A stretch of 60,789 nucleotides of DNA, counting the filler, from Sluysia triapertura (lineage: Eukaryota): NCBI GenBank assembly GCA_046118255.1. It is 5 parts of 5 records of this genome, joined end to end, with 100 filler letters (N's around TTAATTAATTAA, not from the genome) between each part and the next. Parts side by side here need not be neighbours in the genome. Positions count along the whole stretch, not along the records: positions 35,784 to 49,775 come from JBJNIA010011430.1; positions 49,876 to 60,789 come from JBJNIA010191618.1; 3 more parts are not named here. The stretch is one strand, 5' to 3'. Shown piece after piece: positions 48,274 through 60,789 of the stretch (position 1 is the first letter of the stretch; each line of letters begins with the position of its first letter). The translations under genes and the position numbers were made by a program. The notes beneath the pieces are model-generated. The model was not told where the DNA came from and did not search any database. It saw only the letters and a program-made list of their open reading frames with translations.

Positions 48274-49775
48274 TGTTGGGATGCAGACCTAGAGTGCCAT
48301 GTAGTATAATGGACTATAGTAATCTAAAAATTGTTTGATGGGGTTCATAGCTCAGTGGATTTTGAAGTCACTTTTAATCGGTTTCATAAATATAAAGTGG
48401 GAAATATCTGCAAGAGCTGATTAACCCTTCCAACACCAATTCCGGGAAATCCCATAAAGTTCAAGGTCGCTTTGTCGAATGTTTCATGAAAATTCCTCTA
48501 TCTGGTCGTCATTTTCCCCTACAATTAAGAAACCAGTGATGGGTTTTCATGACTAAAGCCAGGAATAATATTCGGAAACTTAATTTTTGTCCCCAAAACA
48601 TTCGACTTAACTTTCCTCTTACCTTTAGTTGGTGTGGCTTCTAACGAGAAAATCTTGATCATGCATTATGTCTTTGCACATATGCCATCACTGTCCGCAG
48701 AGTAAGATATAATAAAATAAGTTTACGTAGTGATAAAAGATATGCAAATCCCCTTAGTTGGAGATTATGGGCGACCTGATATTCAAGCACAAGGTACTAA
48801 TTCTTCCTAACTGTTTCTCATAGACTTCAAATCCCCTATTGATGATTATGAAAACTTTCAAGCGGCCCGAACATTTAATATTACCAAGTATTCTGATCTG
48901 AGGCAAAAACTTTAAGACCAACTCAAATGTCCCATCACCTTAGACACATTTGTCGTTGGTGCTCTTGGTTCTTGGGATCCAGAAATTGATTCTGTCCTTG
49001 ACAGTTAGGTTTCTGTAAAGCTGATATTACTGGTTTGACACGCAAGTATTTAGTTATCCCTAGAATCTTCCTGTAATATCTATAATGACCATTCTCTTCA
49101 ATATCCCGCTTAACTATTAATTCTCTACCTTTGATTTCCTTTTCTTTTTTTGAGGTGAATAATATTGTGTTTTTTCTTTTTCCCCTTTTAATACATTTGA
49201 ATTTTCCAATACAGCAATAACCATAATTATCTCTTCTTCTTTATGAATGTTTGTAAATCTTCCCATTTTTCCTTTTAAGAATTTTTAAATTATTCCAATA
49301 TTTCTCTCCCTTTTTCTATGAATGTTTGTTAAATATAACTTTTGTTAACTTTCATGATTGTATACCTATAATAAAATAATAATATTTTCACTTTTTTTTG
49401 CTCTGTGAATTTGTACCTATTTCCGCGAATGTTTGTATATCCATTACATATTTTTCTTTTTTTATATAATTTAATTATGCTGCTCTTTATGAATGTATAT
49501 AAATAAATAATCTTGAACTTACTTCAATCAACAGCAACAGCAGAAACGGCAGCACTAGCAACAACAGAATCACCATAGACAATAAATTTGTGATACTGGA
49601 CCAAACTTTCTTATTTACATTTACTTTGATCCCTTATATACATTTATATAATTATTCATATTCATAAATATTTATCATAATATTAAAATAAATGTTTTAA
49701 ATTCAAAATTCATCGAACTGCGCAGCGAGAGGTCCCGGGTTCGAATCTCTGTCAGTCCATTTTATGAAGTCTAAC
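48274..49775 (+). mobile_element. Second copy of the tRNA-containing repeat, split by a retrotransposon insertion (left 48274-48358, right 49711-49775)
   Basis: TGTTGGG...AGTGCCAT...GACTATA...GGGGTTCATAGCTCAGTGG | insert | CATCGAACTGCGCAGCGAGAGGTCCCGGGTTCGAATCTCTGTCAGTCCATTTTATGAAGTCTAAC. Confidence 0.75.
48359..49710 (+). mobile_element. 5'-truncated RLE-type non-LTR retrotransposon (NeSL/Utopia/R5-like), degenerate
   Basis: Translation with stops and frameshifts gives KVQG..WVFMTKARNN, a CCHC-like knuckle (xWCGF*RENLDHALCLC..RVRYN), RPD...LIDFKSP...FQAAR...KYSDL...FVVGALGSWDPE...SCNIYNDH, a stop near 49111, then a pyrimidine/AT-rich 3' UTR. Confidence 0.85.
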
Positions 49776-49875
49776 NNNNNNNNNNNNNNNNNNNNNNNNN
49801 NNNNNNNNNNNNNNNNNNNTTAATTAATTAANNNNNNNNNNNNNNNNNNNNNNNNNNNNNNNNNNNNNNNNNNNN

Positions 49876-50427
49876 CGCTTAAGGAAAGATTAGAATTAGC
49901 GATTATTAACAAAATATATACAAGTCCAACTACAATTCCTAGATCAGATATACCAACAACCATCCAGAGAGAAGTAAACTTGTTTTTACATGATAGATTT
50001 AGAAGTATATATTTAGAAAAGGTATATAGTGCATTGTTAACCATTCCTCCAACTAGTGTAGATGCTGAAAGAGCTTTTTCAACTGCTGGTAATTTTGGCA
50101 CTAAACTGCACTCCAGGCTTAATGACAATACAGTTGATCCGTTGTGTTTTCTAAGATCGCACTTTAAAAATATGCAATAATTGCCCCGAAAGTACAACAA
50201 TTTTTCGTGATTTAAAGAAATAAAATGATCTGTTGCAGTTTAATATTTTTATTTTTATTGTGATTATTTAAAATATGTAAAAATTGTTTGTAACATTTTA
50301 TTTTTCATTAAAAATCAGCAAATTAAACAAGAAAACCTAGTAAGGCTTGAATTTTTTATAATATCTAATACCGATATTAAAACCGGTATCCCGGTATTTA
50401 ATTTTTGGTCCGGTATTGGAAACCCTA
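49876..50427 (+). mobile_element. hAT transposon 3' end (dimerisation domain plus TIR)
   Basis: YSALLTIPPTSVDAERAFSTAG..KLHSRLNDNTVDPLCFLRSHF*; subterminal CCGGTAT repeats; terminus CCGGTATTGGAAACCCTA. Confidence 0.88.
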
Positions 50428-50864
50428 AGTGAACCATTCAAAAAGATAACATTTTTGTTTGAAAGTACTTACAAATGTGAGCAATTATTTTCAAAATTGA
50501 AATATACTAAAAACAATTTGAGATCAACATTAACTGATAGCAATTTGAATAATGTTTGTTGTTGGCATCGACAGGTCTGACAATATTTAGAATCATTCAG
50601 GTGACATAGAACATCAAGCTTCCCATTAATTGTTCAAATTTAGGATTTTTGAATAAAATGATTTTTAAAATACATTGTTTTTGTCAACTTACTTGCTTAT
50701 TATATATAGAACTAAAATATTGTTAAGAATCTTCATTATTTTTTTGATTTTAAGCAACTTGAAAAATGCTTTTTGATCAGATTTTTCTTATAATATTTTT
50801 AAGAACCCCTCTGGCCTGGCATTCTGTCTAAAGACGCAATTCGGCCCCAGATTGCCGAACCTTG
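50428..50864 (+). mobile_element. hAT Charlie/SPIN-type 3' end relic
   Basis: FESTYKCEQLFSKLKYTKNNLRSTLTDSNL...HQASH*; terminal TTGCCGAACCTTG resembles a CAGGGGTCGGCAAC-type TIR. Confidence 0.75.
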
Positions 50865-53800
50865 ATTTAAAGTCTTTACACTACGGAAAGGCATTAAACA
50901 ACGTTGTAAATCATATAAAGGAAGGCTTTTGCTCTATGATTTTAATCATGTTAATATATATGCTGCGAGAGAATCAGTATACATTGTTTATTAAAGTCTT
51001 AATTATTTGAAAGATCTAATTGGATATTACGATTTGACAATTATCGATGAACTAAAAGTGCAGTACAATAAGGTAGATGATGCGGAAGATAGCATTTATC
51101 AACTGAAACAAGCTTCTGGAATTTTGCAGATTTTTCTCTGTTTTGTCTGGTCACCAAGAGAAATATTTTTTTAAAAGATTTTAAATACAACTTATTTTTA
51201 AAAATGTTTCAAGTAAAATACTTATAATACTAGATATTTATCAAAAATATCTTCAATACGATTATTAAATTCATTTAAATTGATTTCTCTTTTATGTGCC
51301 ATGTGGCATGTTGTGTGAAAGGTTCATATTTTATTCCAAAATTTGACCCATGTTAAATAGCACCAGACGAATTTATAACTGCAACTGATAATTAAATAAA
51401 TATTAAATATGTGAAACATTGTATTATTATATTATATTTTGACATTTTTGTAGTTTTATAAATTATTTTATTAGAATAATCGTTATAAATTAAAAAATAA
51501 TATTAAGATGATTATAGTTATATTAAAACTAGTAATATTCGTCTGTATTATTACAATATTTTATATTACTTATAAATTAATGAATAACAACCAATCAATT
51601 ATTATTTATATCATATTGTGAATATAGATGTACTACTTCAATTAAATATTTAGTAATCTTTATAACTTTATTTCTCACTGTGAAATTACATCTAACTATT
51701 CGATAATACTTGTAAAAATTAGTCAATCTTTATTTTCCCTCAGGATTGTGGGGTTTTATTTCTTTTAGTTTTTTGGATAATATTTATGTATTATTTATTA
51801 AACATGTATTTGGCATATACTTTGATCTGTACAAACTTGTAAAGAAAAATAACTTTGATATGCGTGGATGTTTTATGTTGGTCGACAGTGTTATTATTGA
51901 ATTGAAACGATTTAATTGATTGTAAAGGTTGTTCGAAGAATCATAAATTATGTGAATATATGTGGTACAGATTGTAATTTTGTTAAAATGCTACAAGATA
52001 TGAGTTTCTTGTACAGTGTTATTTTATTAAAATAATACGTTATGGATTGACCCACCACAGTTTCCAACAAAAGCAAAAATAGCAGTTTAAATTTCTTTAT
52101 TCTTATTAATAGTCGTAAACAAGACATTCGATTAATTATTAATTAATTAATTAAACTTTAATTATTATCAACTGCAAAAATACGTCTTTGCTTCTGAAAT
52201 TTAGTATGGTTTTATCACTCTAAAATTTATTATAGTTTCATTACTTTAACAAAATCGTAAATAAATAAAACAAAACAACTATAGATATTTTATTTCTATG
52301 AATGTAATAATTTCAACGGTTAATAATAAATGAACCAACGAATTAAAAATGTTNNNNNNNNNNNNNNNNNNNNNNNNNNNNNNNNNNNNNNNNNNNNNNN
52401 NNNNNNNNNNNNNNNNNNNNNNNNNNNNNNNNNNNNNNNNNNNNNNNNNNNNNNNNNNNNNNNNNNNNNNNNNNNNNNNNNNNNNNNNNNNNNNNNNTTA
52501 GTTTTTAAATCTAATGAATTTTAAAAAGTGCCTTTGACTAACTTAAGCCAGTGACAAAAATAATTACAATTTGAATTGATTTCGTACCGTACTCAAGTAA
52601 GAACAACTTGAAAACAAAGAATCATAATCCAATTTCACGACATATATAATTAATTGATTGAAAGCTTTTTCAACAACGAGAATAAACGATAATCTAGTGA
52701 AATCACGATCTTAATATAGCTATGTAGCATTTAAATCAAAGGAAGGTAATTTTTCGATGTGTTCACTCAAATTTTAACTTGTCATTTCCAAAACATTTTC
52801 TCTGTGCCTTTTGCTATTTATATCAAACGTACATTAAAAATCCATTAATTTTTTTCAGAATTATTCATTAATTTAGAAATCTATTAAATATTTATTTTCC
52901 ATTATTTCCATTAAAAATGAATTAGGTAAAGATTATTTTAATATTATTATTATTATTATGCAAAGATTTAGAGACTCAACGGATTATTGGACACAGCATT
53001 GTCCTTCCGTAGAAAGAATTTGAAAAAAATTAATAGAGGGCATTGCACTACATTTGTGCCAGAAAGATTTACTGTTAATAAATGACTCAGACGACAAAAG
53101 TTGTCTCAATTGCAATATAATTTATCTACACATATCACAAGCAAGCGAAAAATGTAATTCATATAGAAGTTATATGAGATGTCATAAAGTGTTAAATAAA
53201 AATTGTCAAAGTGATATTAAACATTGGTGTAAAGTCTCGACAACACGGAAATAACATTGAATATGCTAAAAAATTGATGCAGTTATTTTGTACAGAATAT
53301 ATAGCATGTTGATCTAGAAACGAAATTCTGATTTATTTCAATATCATGAGCCATGTGGCACTGATGTTAAATTGTGTGTATGATTAAAGTTTTTATCAAG
53401 CTTTGATATTATAAGTAAGATATTATAACTAAACTGACCTTAAAATAAAAGTTAAATATTTTACGACAAAATTATATTTCACTATATTTTGACATTTTGT
53501 TTTTTCTTTTAAATTAGCTTTTAAAACATTTTCTATAAATATTAAAAATAATATTAAAATGTTTAGACTAATACTAAAACTGATATTATTTATGGTAATA
53601 TTATAAAATTTTATATTACTTGTAAATTAATGAATAGATAATTAAATAAATAAATAATTATTATTCATAAAATTATAACAAATTAAAAAGATAAATATGT
53701 TTTTCATGTTTAATTAATTTTTAAAATTATTTTATTTATTTATGCACGGTTATAATATTGTTAATTACTATTTGGAAATAGTTTAGAATATTTTATGATA

Positions 53801-55129
53801 TTTCATTTTTTATGTATCTTTTAATATTTTGTATTTTTATATTTGATATTTTTATTTTAAATTGAATTATAAATATTTATTATTAACGCAAATTAAATAA
53901 TAAACACAATCTTATATAATCAATTATGATAACAACAATTTTTAATAATTTAGTATTTATGACTTCTTAAGTTCAACAATTAAATGAAATTAGAACTAAG
54001 ACCGTTAAGATCATAACTTTACAATTAATATAAATAGTAACTTAAGGCTAGCAGTATTTTCAACCAAAAAAGTTCAAAGTTTCAGAAACATTGATTTTTT
54101 GAAATATTTCTGTAGTTAATTCACATATTTTTACGAGTTCATTGAAGAACTGTACAAATTAAAGCGAATTAAACTTTACTAGTTACAAATAAAATTACTT
54201 TTCACAGTGTCAAAACAAAAACTCTAATTCACAAAACAATATTTTTCTCTTTTTATTATTAGACGTAATTAATGTCGCAATTTGTTTGATCAGAAACCAA
54301 AGAAATGATTTTTATTCTTTCTAAGCCCTTAAATGGATTATTGTCATTGTGAATTAAATTTAAATTGTCATATCTTAATGTCACATTCATTTTTTAAAAT
54401 TTTTATAATTTCCAAGTGATGCTTATGACTTCTGCAATGTGAGCATTTATATATTCTACTTTTATGTAAAGTCAAATTTTTATTTAATTACTTAAAAATA
54501 AAAATTATATTTTATATTACTTACAAGTACTTAGTAAAAATCTGTTTTATATATCGAACATTTTCAAGATAGGTCGTACAATAAAATCTTTTAAGCTGTT
54601 TATTGTAATTCTTTTAATTTTATAAATAATGAGATCCAATAATATTTAATTTATAAGTGAGTACACAATTATAATTGTTATTCTGCCTCTATTAAATATG
54701 TTGGAGATAAGCAAGACCATGTAATATTTGGATTTATAGAGTAATTAAATTTGCGACAGTTGCAAAATAATAAGTTTACTAAAAGGATAAATAATTATAA
54801 TCAAAATTAAAATACAAATTTAAAATTTAAACCAAATAGTCTCCTTGAATTTATTTATTTATATTTAATAGTTTAAACTAATGTATAGCATTATTAAAAA
54901 GTTATAAATTATGTTTATAATTTAATATGACACTCTTATAAAAATTGATTGAAAAAGCAGTTCTACAACGATGAAAATAAACTTCTTATAATGTATTATT
55001 TAGCCTGCATGGCTTATAACTCAAGAGAAACAGCTATTTTAAGAATAAATTATGATATAAATTGTTTTAGTCACAATAAATGATTGTTTTGTTAAATATG
55101 TAGATGCTTGTGATACAGTTGCGATCTCC

Positions 55130-55720
55130 AAAGAATGTGTCGCATTTAGTGCAATAAAATGGTTTGAATCGTACCTAAAAGAAAGAAGGCAATATGTTTT
55201 AATGAGTTATGTGAAGTCAAATGAAGCATTGAGGTCCTCAGGGATCAATACTTGGTCAATCATATAGGCTTGTGATGTGTAAATATATGTATTCAATTTG
55301 AAATGAACAACATAGAAAATACTATTCAAATAACAGAAAAACTAGTGTCCGATTTGATAAAATAAAAAGTATTTGGACATAAATACTTGAAAATCAATGA
55401 AGAAAAGTCAGAATTTATAATCTTCAGTGATAAAAAAAGAAACGAAACAAAGTTAATTGTACTTGGGAAGACAGGCTGTTATATGGATTCAGAAATGAAC
55501 ATGGTAGAAAATATTAATTGTATTGTTAAAAAGTGTAAATATCAATTAAATAAAATATTACATATTCGAAAATTTATTAATAAAAAAACAGCTAAACTTA
55601 TTGTTCATTCATTCATAACTAGGAACATAGATTTTAACAATGGTTTATTGTACTCACTTTCATATAGAATAGTGAAAAATTACAATTAATAATTAATTAA
55701 GCAGCAATACTAATTCTCCA
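55130..55720 (+). mobile_element. L2/CR1-type LINE RT relic
   Basis: AIKWFESYLKERRQYV; PQGSILG; LKINEEKSEFIIF; GCYMDSEMNM..I..IVKKC..QL.KI..IRKFI..KTAKLIVHSFITRNIDFNNGLL. Confidence 0.85.
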
Positions 55721-58699
55721 AGTTGGAAGAAGATCTCATGCTGTCGAAATTAATCGGCTTATTTCCGACTAAAAGAAAATCGACAGCTTTAATTTCCGTC
55801 TTGTTTGATTTCTGAATTTCTAATTTCACTAATTGCCATAAAACTGCTACATAAGCAGTTACATTTCTGCAATTAGAACAGAGTAGAAGCGAGAATAGGA
55901 CAGTGTCAAGATAAATCAGATTAATAAAACTTTTTAACCGTAGGGAAGCTGCTTTGGTTCATCAGTGGATAACGGTGAAACCAAAGTCATTTTTTATTAA
56001 TCGACTAAAATATTACATTTTCCTTTTAGGACAAGGGTTAGTGATATGTTTCTTACTATTTATGTTTTGCATTGATACGGGTGCTAAAGTTTAAATAAAT
56101 TGTGTCACCCTGGTTGTAATTTGTCTTTAAAGAGTAATTCGTATTGTCATTGTTATAAAGAATAATTTGTATTGTCATAATTTATACATATTCTAGTTGT
56201 AGTTTTGTGATAATATAACGAATATCTCGAGATTTTGAATTTATTTAGTTGTTGAGTTCTAATTTAATAATCTGAGAAAATAAAAGTAATAAAAGATACA
56301 ACATAATGAATTTAATTTGAGTATTTAGAATTTAATTGATTTTCTGTTTTGCGGTTTAAAAATTTTCTATTGGAAAATGTTTAAGGTTCTTAGTCTCCAA
56401 CAAACCACTCTACAGATATTTCAAACTCATTTCTAGATTCTGCACTTTCATAGAAATCATCTCATATTCCATTCACAATATTTTCATCATTCTAATATTC
56501 TATTTCAATATTCCATAATTGAAAATTAATTAAATTTTGACTTTGCTCAATATTAAGACTTTCCTCGCATGAACTTGGTTCACCCATATTTTAATCAAAA
56601 GGTCTTTTCAAGACAAATACATATGGAATTTCAACCATGGCATAACATTCCGCATTTAAACGTTATCAGGCACACGATCTCATTTTTAATTAATTAATCT
56701 ATTTTTAGACTTTATCTTATTTTATCTTTCCATGTTTTATTAAGGTTCTAAAATTGTTTACTATTTTATAGATGCGCAGAAGGTTCTATATGTTTCTGAT
56801 TCATTTTTATACATCTTTACGTTAATTACGAACATATTAAACTAAACTTTAATATTAAAAACAATAATTTTATTTTTCCAATTTTTTAAATATTTCAGCT
56901 ACTTTATAAGTTCATAAATGTTTATCGAGGTTTCAGATATTCTTAAAATTAATAAGGTCTTAGATGATCTCAAGGTTCACAAGTTCGACGCACTTTAATG
57001 CTCTAAAGGTTTTTCTAACCAATCTCATAATTCCTTAGAATCTTAGTACCCTCTACATGTCTTTGGAACTCCAAGATATTCTTCAGTTCTCAACATTAAA
57101 TATTTGATAATAATTATAATATATTAGTTATTTGAACCTCATTTATTCATACTCATTAATATCGTTTGTATTATGCAAGTTTATCAAATAATGATTTTAA
57201 TATGAGCACATCGAAAAATTATAAAACATAAATTATATTTGTGATGGCCAACCTATAACTGTGACAAATTTTATTCTACCATCATACAAAACCACATTCA
57301 CTTTCAGAATCTATAATGTACATGTTAAATAAAAATTCATTAAAAATATTTTACACATAATTCAATCTCAACATAATCATAATCATAATTTTCAACATCG
57401 CACAACTATCTTTTTAGAACGTATCCAAACTTGGGTTATAATTTATCTCCTTCACATCAACTAAAACCACATACTAACCTTCTCAAAACATCTCTAATTT
57501 ACACTTCGTAAAATTAAAAACACATTCACTACCAAATCAACAACTGACATTCAAGAATTCATTTAAAACATTTTATTCATAACCACAATCACATTAATTA
57601 ACATCCAAACCATAAATATATTCAAAACCATTAATATATATTAGATGATACTCACTGCACTTTAAGTCACAACCTTCTAACATCCAAACATTACCTTTAT
57701 TCAAAAACATCAAAGTATATTAAAAAATTCATTTAAAACTTATTGTCCATCAACTTATAACATTAAAATTACACTCAAATTCAAACCATTAATGCACAGT
57801 AAAACCCAGTTAAAACATTTCATTCATTATTTCACAACTTCAAAATTACAATTACAACATCTCAAATTCATAGTCTAACCACATCTGAGTCAAATACACT
57901 TTCATAATTAACAATTTATAATTAAAAAGTTCATAAAAACATTTTATTCACAATTCATAACCTTAGAAACACAATACACGTCGTGAAGGTGATCTAAAAC
58001 TCTACAAATCCACAATTTTTTAATACTCAACCATGTCAAGAACTTAAATATGTCGAGAATAAGAAAGCTAAAGATTAGGAAGATCATGTTAATTTTTAAA
58101 AGTTTCATATATTTTAAATTTTAATAACAATAATAATAATATTCTTGTGTTATAGTTATTATTATTAATTTTTTTAGCCATCTGCATGAATCTATTAACT
58201 TTGTAACTACCACTGCCAGTGGTAACATCGTTAATTCATAATTACAAATTATTGCCACTACCGATAGTGGCTGTATTTGCAGCATGTACGAAAATTTTCA
58301 TATTAGTTAACCTGTTATCAGTCAACAGGCATTCTAAATCATTTGATGTTGCTTTACTAAATGTCGACTGATGACGATCCGTTGCATGCTCATTTTATTG
58401 ACTGCCCAATTAAAATTATTAATCTCGCTTACGTCTCGTGTTTTAATTGGGCAGACATTCACAATATGAAAAGATTTTACAATCAAGTTCTTATTATCAT
58501 TTTTCAGTTTTCCAAAAATAATAATAAAATTTAAATTACAAAAATTTTAAAATGAATAAAAGTGTTTTGATAAATGAATTAAATTGGTTGTAAATTATAC
58601 TAAATGAAATAGGCTATTTAGAATTTTCCTCATCAAATGTTATTAATTATGCTAAAAATTTATCTATAAAGCTTAAAGTAGTAAATAAAGTTAACTAAA

Positions 58700-59916
58700 G
58701 TGTCTTTAGTACAAGATGTTTCTTTTAGTTTATTGAAAATGTTGCTGTTTACTATTACTGATGTTTATAGATTGCGTATTTTGTATGAAGAAAACCATAA
58801 AACTGATAAAAATGAAGTTACCAATGAATTACAGAATTCATTCAAATTAACTCATGAGTTACAAGTATTTATTTTAGAATAACTCACAAAAACTAATTCA
58901 ACGTATTTTGATGTTCTTGAACAATTCTTATCAAACTTGTGGGTAATATCATCAAGGTGCACCAGTAATGCGGATAAGATTTCTATTAAGTTAACGATTC
59001 CACTTTCGATATGTTTGAAACATCACTCGGACGATAGTCATTCTATAAATTTTGACAAAGCAGTAAATAACGTCATTATTGCAATGAACAATTTCTATTC
59101 GTATTTTATTAATGTAGATACTAAAGTTATCCGGAAGACAAATAAAGATATGCATCACAGTTATAATATGCTTGCTTCGAATGCAAAAAGTAACAAGGAG
59201 TGATTTAGTGACATCTGCAATTCAAAAAAGGATCCTTTTGTTTATCGAATTTTATATTTCTCAAGCCATCATTGACAATATCCAATTACGATAATGACTA
59301 CGGACAATTTGCCACAAGTCCTAGGAGAGATAAGGACATTATTCAAACATGCGGTTTAGCGAATATTACAAGATTACAATTAGTTCACGCTTGTTCACAG
59401 AACGAGGATTTAACGTTGGCTTTAATGTTAGTTAAAACAGCATGCTTAGTGAACGAACACACACTAGTAACTTCCAAAATTGATTGTCAATATATAATAA
59501 TGTTGTGCTAAAACAAACAATTTAAGAAATCATTCCGTATATTTGTAAAAAATGACATTTGCTTTCGATATTCTCTCTCCTTATTCAATTTTATGCCCAA
59601 CGAAATTAGATAAAGAAATAACTAGATGTTGGAATGATGATTCCAGTGAAGAAGAAAACTCTCAAGTTGCGTATTCCTTGATAAAATTTTTGGTAAAATG
59701 GTAAAATGATCTTCAGAAATAGTCCGTTATAAACAATAATCCCAAAATGTCAACAATCATTCGATACTAAAGTAATCATTTATTTTAATCTTACTTACAA
59801 CATTATTAACAATGATGCCAATTATATTTTTTTGTCTTTTTTAGAATGTTCCAAAAACCGAAGTCGAAGAATACTTAGAAAAACATTATAAAACGAATAT
59901 TAAAAATAAATGTTAA
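58700..59916 (+). pseudogene. Degenerate coding-like region of unknown family
   Basis: ORFs 58700 and 58937 are one frame split by a single TAA. It continues through TGA and frameshifts, then a plausible GT-AG intron (about 59693-59845) and a terminal exon NVPKTEVEEYLEKHYKTNIKNKC*. Confidence 0.3.
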
Positions 59917-60170
59917 ATTTTCTGTTAATTCTATGAATGTTTTGTTAATTTTATTGTTTCCTCTATGATGATAATATTGAATTAAATTTAAATAGAAAGA
60001 TTAAAGAATTTTTTACGTTACAACATATAAAACCACTTAAAACAAATAAAACTACAAAGTCAATGTATTGTCATAGCTTTAAGTTTAAAATACAACGTTT
60101 AATTAATATAAACCATTTAATATTACCGCAAACTTCTGGGAAAAGTACGCGCATCATCACAATCTTGAAA

Positions 60171-60174
60171 TAAC

Positions 60175-60208
<34 letters not shown>

Positions 60209-60410
60209 CTGTGGTTTTTCTAACCCTTAACATACAGCAAAATATGTTTTGAGCAGGTTCCGGTTACAGTAAACGTCGTGAAGAGGGAGTTCCTGTAACT
60301 ATATAAGCTAATATTTTGTCTAAATATAAAGGTTATGTAGTTAGGGTCATGACAAGTGCTCACAAGTATAATTTTCTCTAAAAACTTTAATAATTTATTA
60401 TTTAACATTA
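60171..60410 (-). repeat. Dispersed retroposon 3'-end repeat, copy 6, with (ATT)n tail
   Basis: Core 60208-60275 directly abuts (AAT)n at 60171-60207. Confidence 0.8.
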
Positions 60411-60716
60411 ACGTAAGAATATTAACTGTATTTATGAAACACAAGATTCCAATAATTATAGTAATAATAGAAAAGATAAAAATAAATAAAAATAAAAATA
60501 AAAAATATGAATTATTTGAACAATTCTAGAAGCTTCTATTCTATTTGTCACAGTGCAAAGTAAAAATTATGTAAATGTATAATGGAGAATTGTGTAAATG
60601 TAAATGTATATGTATAATAATGTATATGTATAATGAAGAATTTTAATTCTAGGTATCAGGAAGTTTTGAAAATGTATTCTTAATTATTTCTAATAAAATT
60701 AAAATATGTATAAATA

Positions 60717-60789
<73 letters not shown>

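Noticed and set aside
58700-59511. Stop-codon reassignment (in-frame TAA/TGA in long frames)
   Set aside because: 624 collagen codons contain no in-frame stops and use CAA/CAG for Gln; the interrupted frames also have frameshifts, consistent with decay.

Overview
Very AT-rich animal (invertebrate) nuclear DNA. It is probably five separate scaffolds concatenated with artificial 100-bp spacers (N44-TTAATTAATTAA-N44): 1-12720, 12821-24637, 24738-35683, 35784-49775 and 49876-end. The only confidently reconstructed host gene is a minus-strand, fibrillar-type collagen. It has 8 exons (47010->37863) encoding a 624-aa partial protein: signal peptide, very short N-propeptide and 182 Gly-X-Y triplets. 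Its 3' half is lost at a scaffold end, and it contains 34- and 40-bp introns. The rest is mostly decayed mobile DNA: L2/CR1-type and RTE-BovB LINEs, two Penelope-like elements (one ending in a minimal hammerhead motif), hAT, mariner and DD39D transposase relics, piggyBac-type MITEs, solo-LTR-like repeats, minisatellites and (ATT)n tracts. The most notable observation is a 156-bp TG...CA-bounded repeat that carries an internal tRNA-Ala-like Pol III cassette, present in two copies. One copy is split in the tRNA D-loop by a 5'-truncated NeSL/Utopia-like RLE retrotransposon. Scaffold 24738-35683 is visibly GC-richer and may come from another organism or compartment. All family assignments come from motifs recognised by eye, not from database searches.
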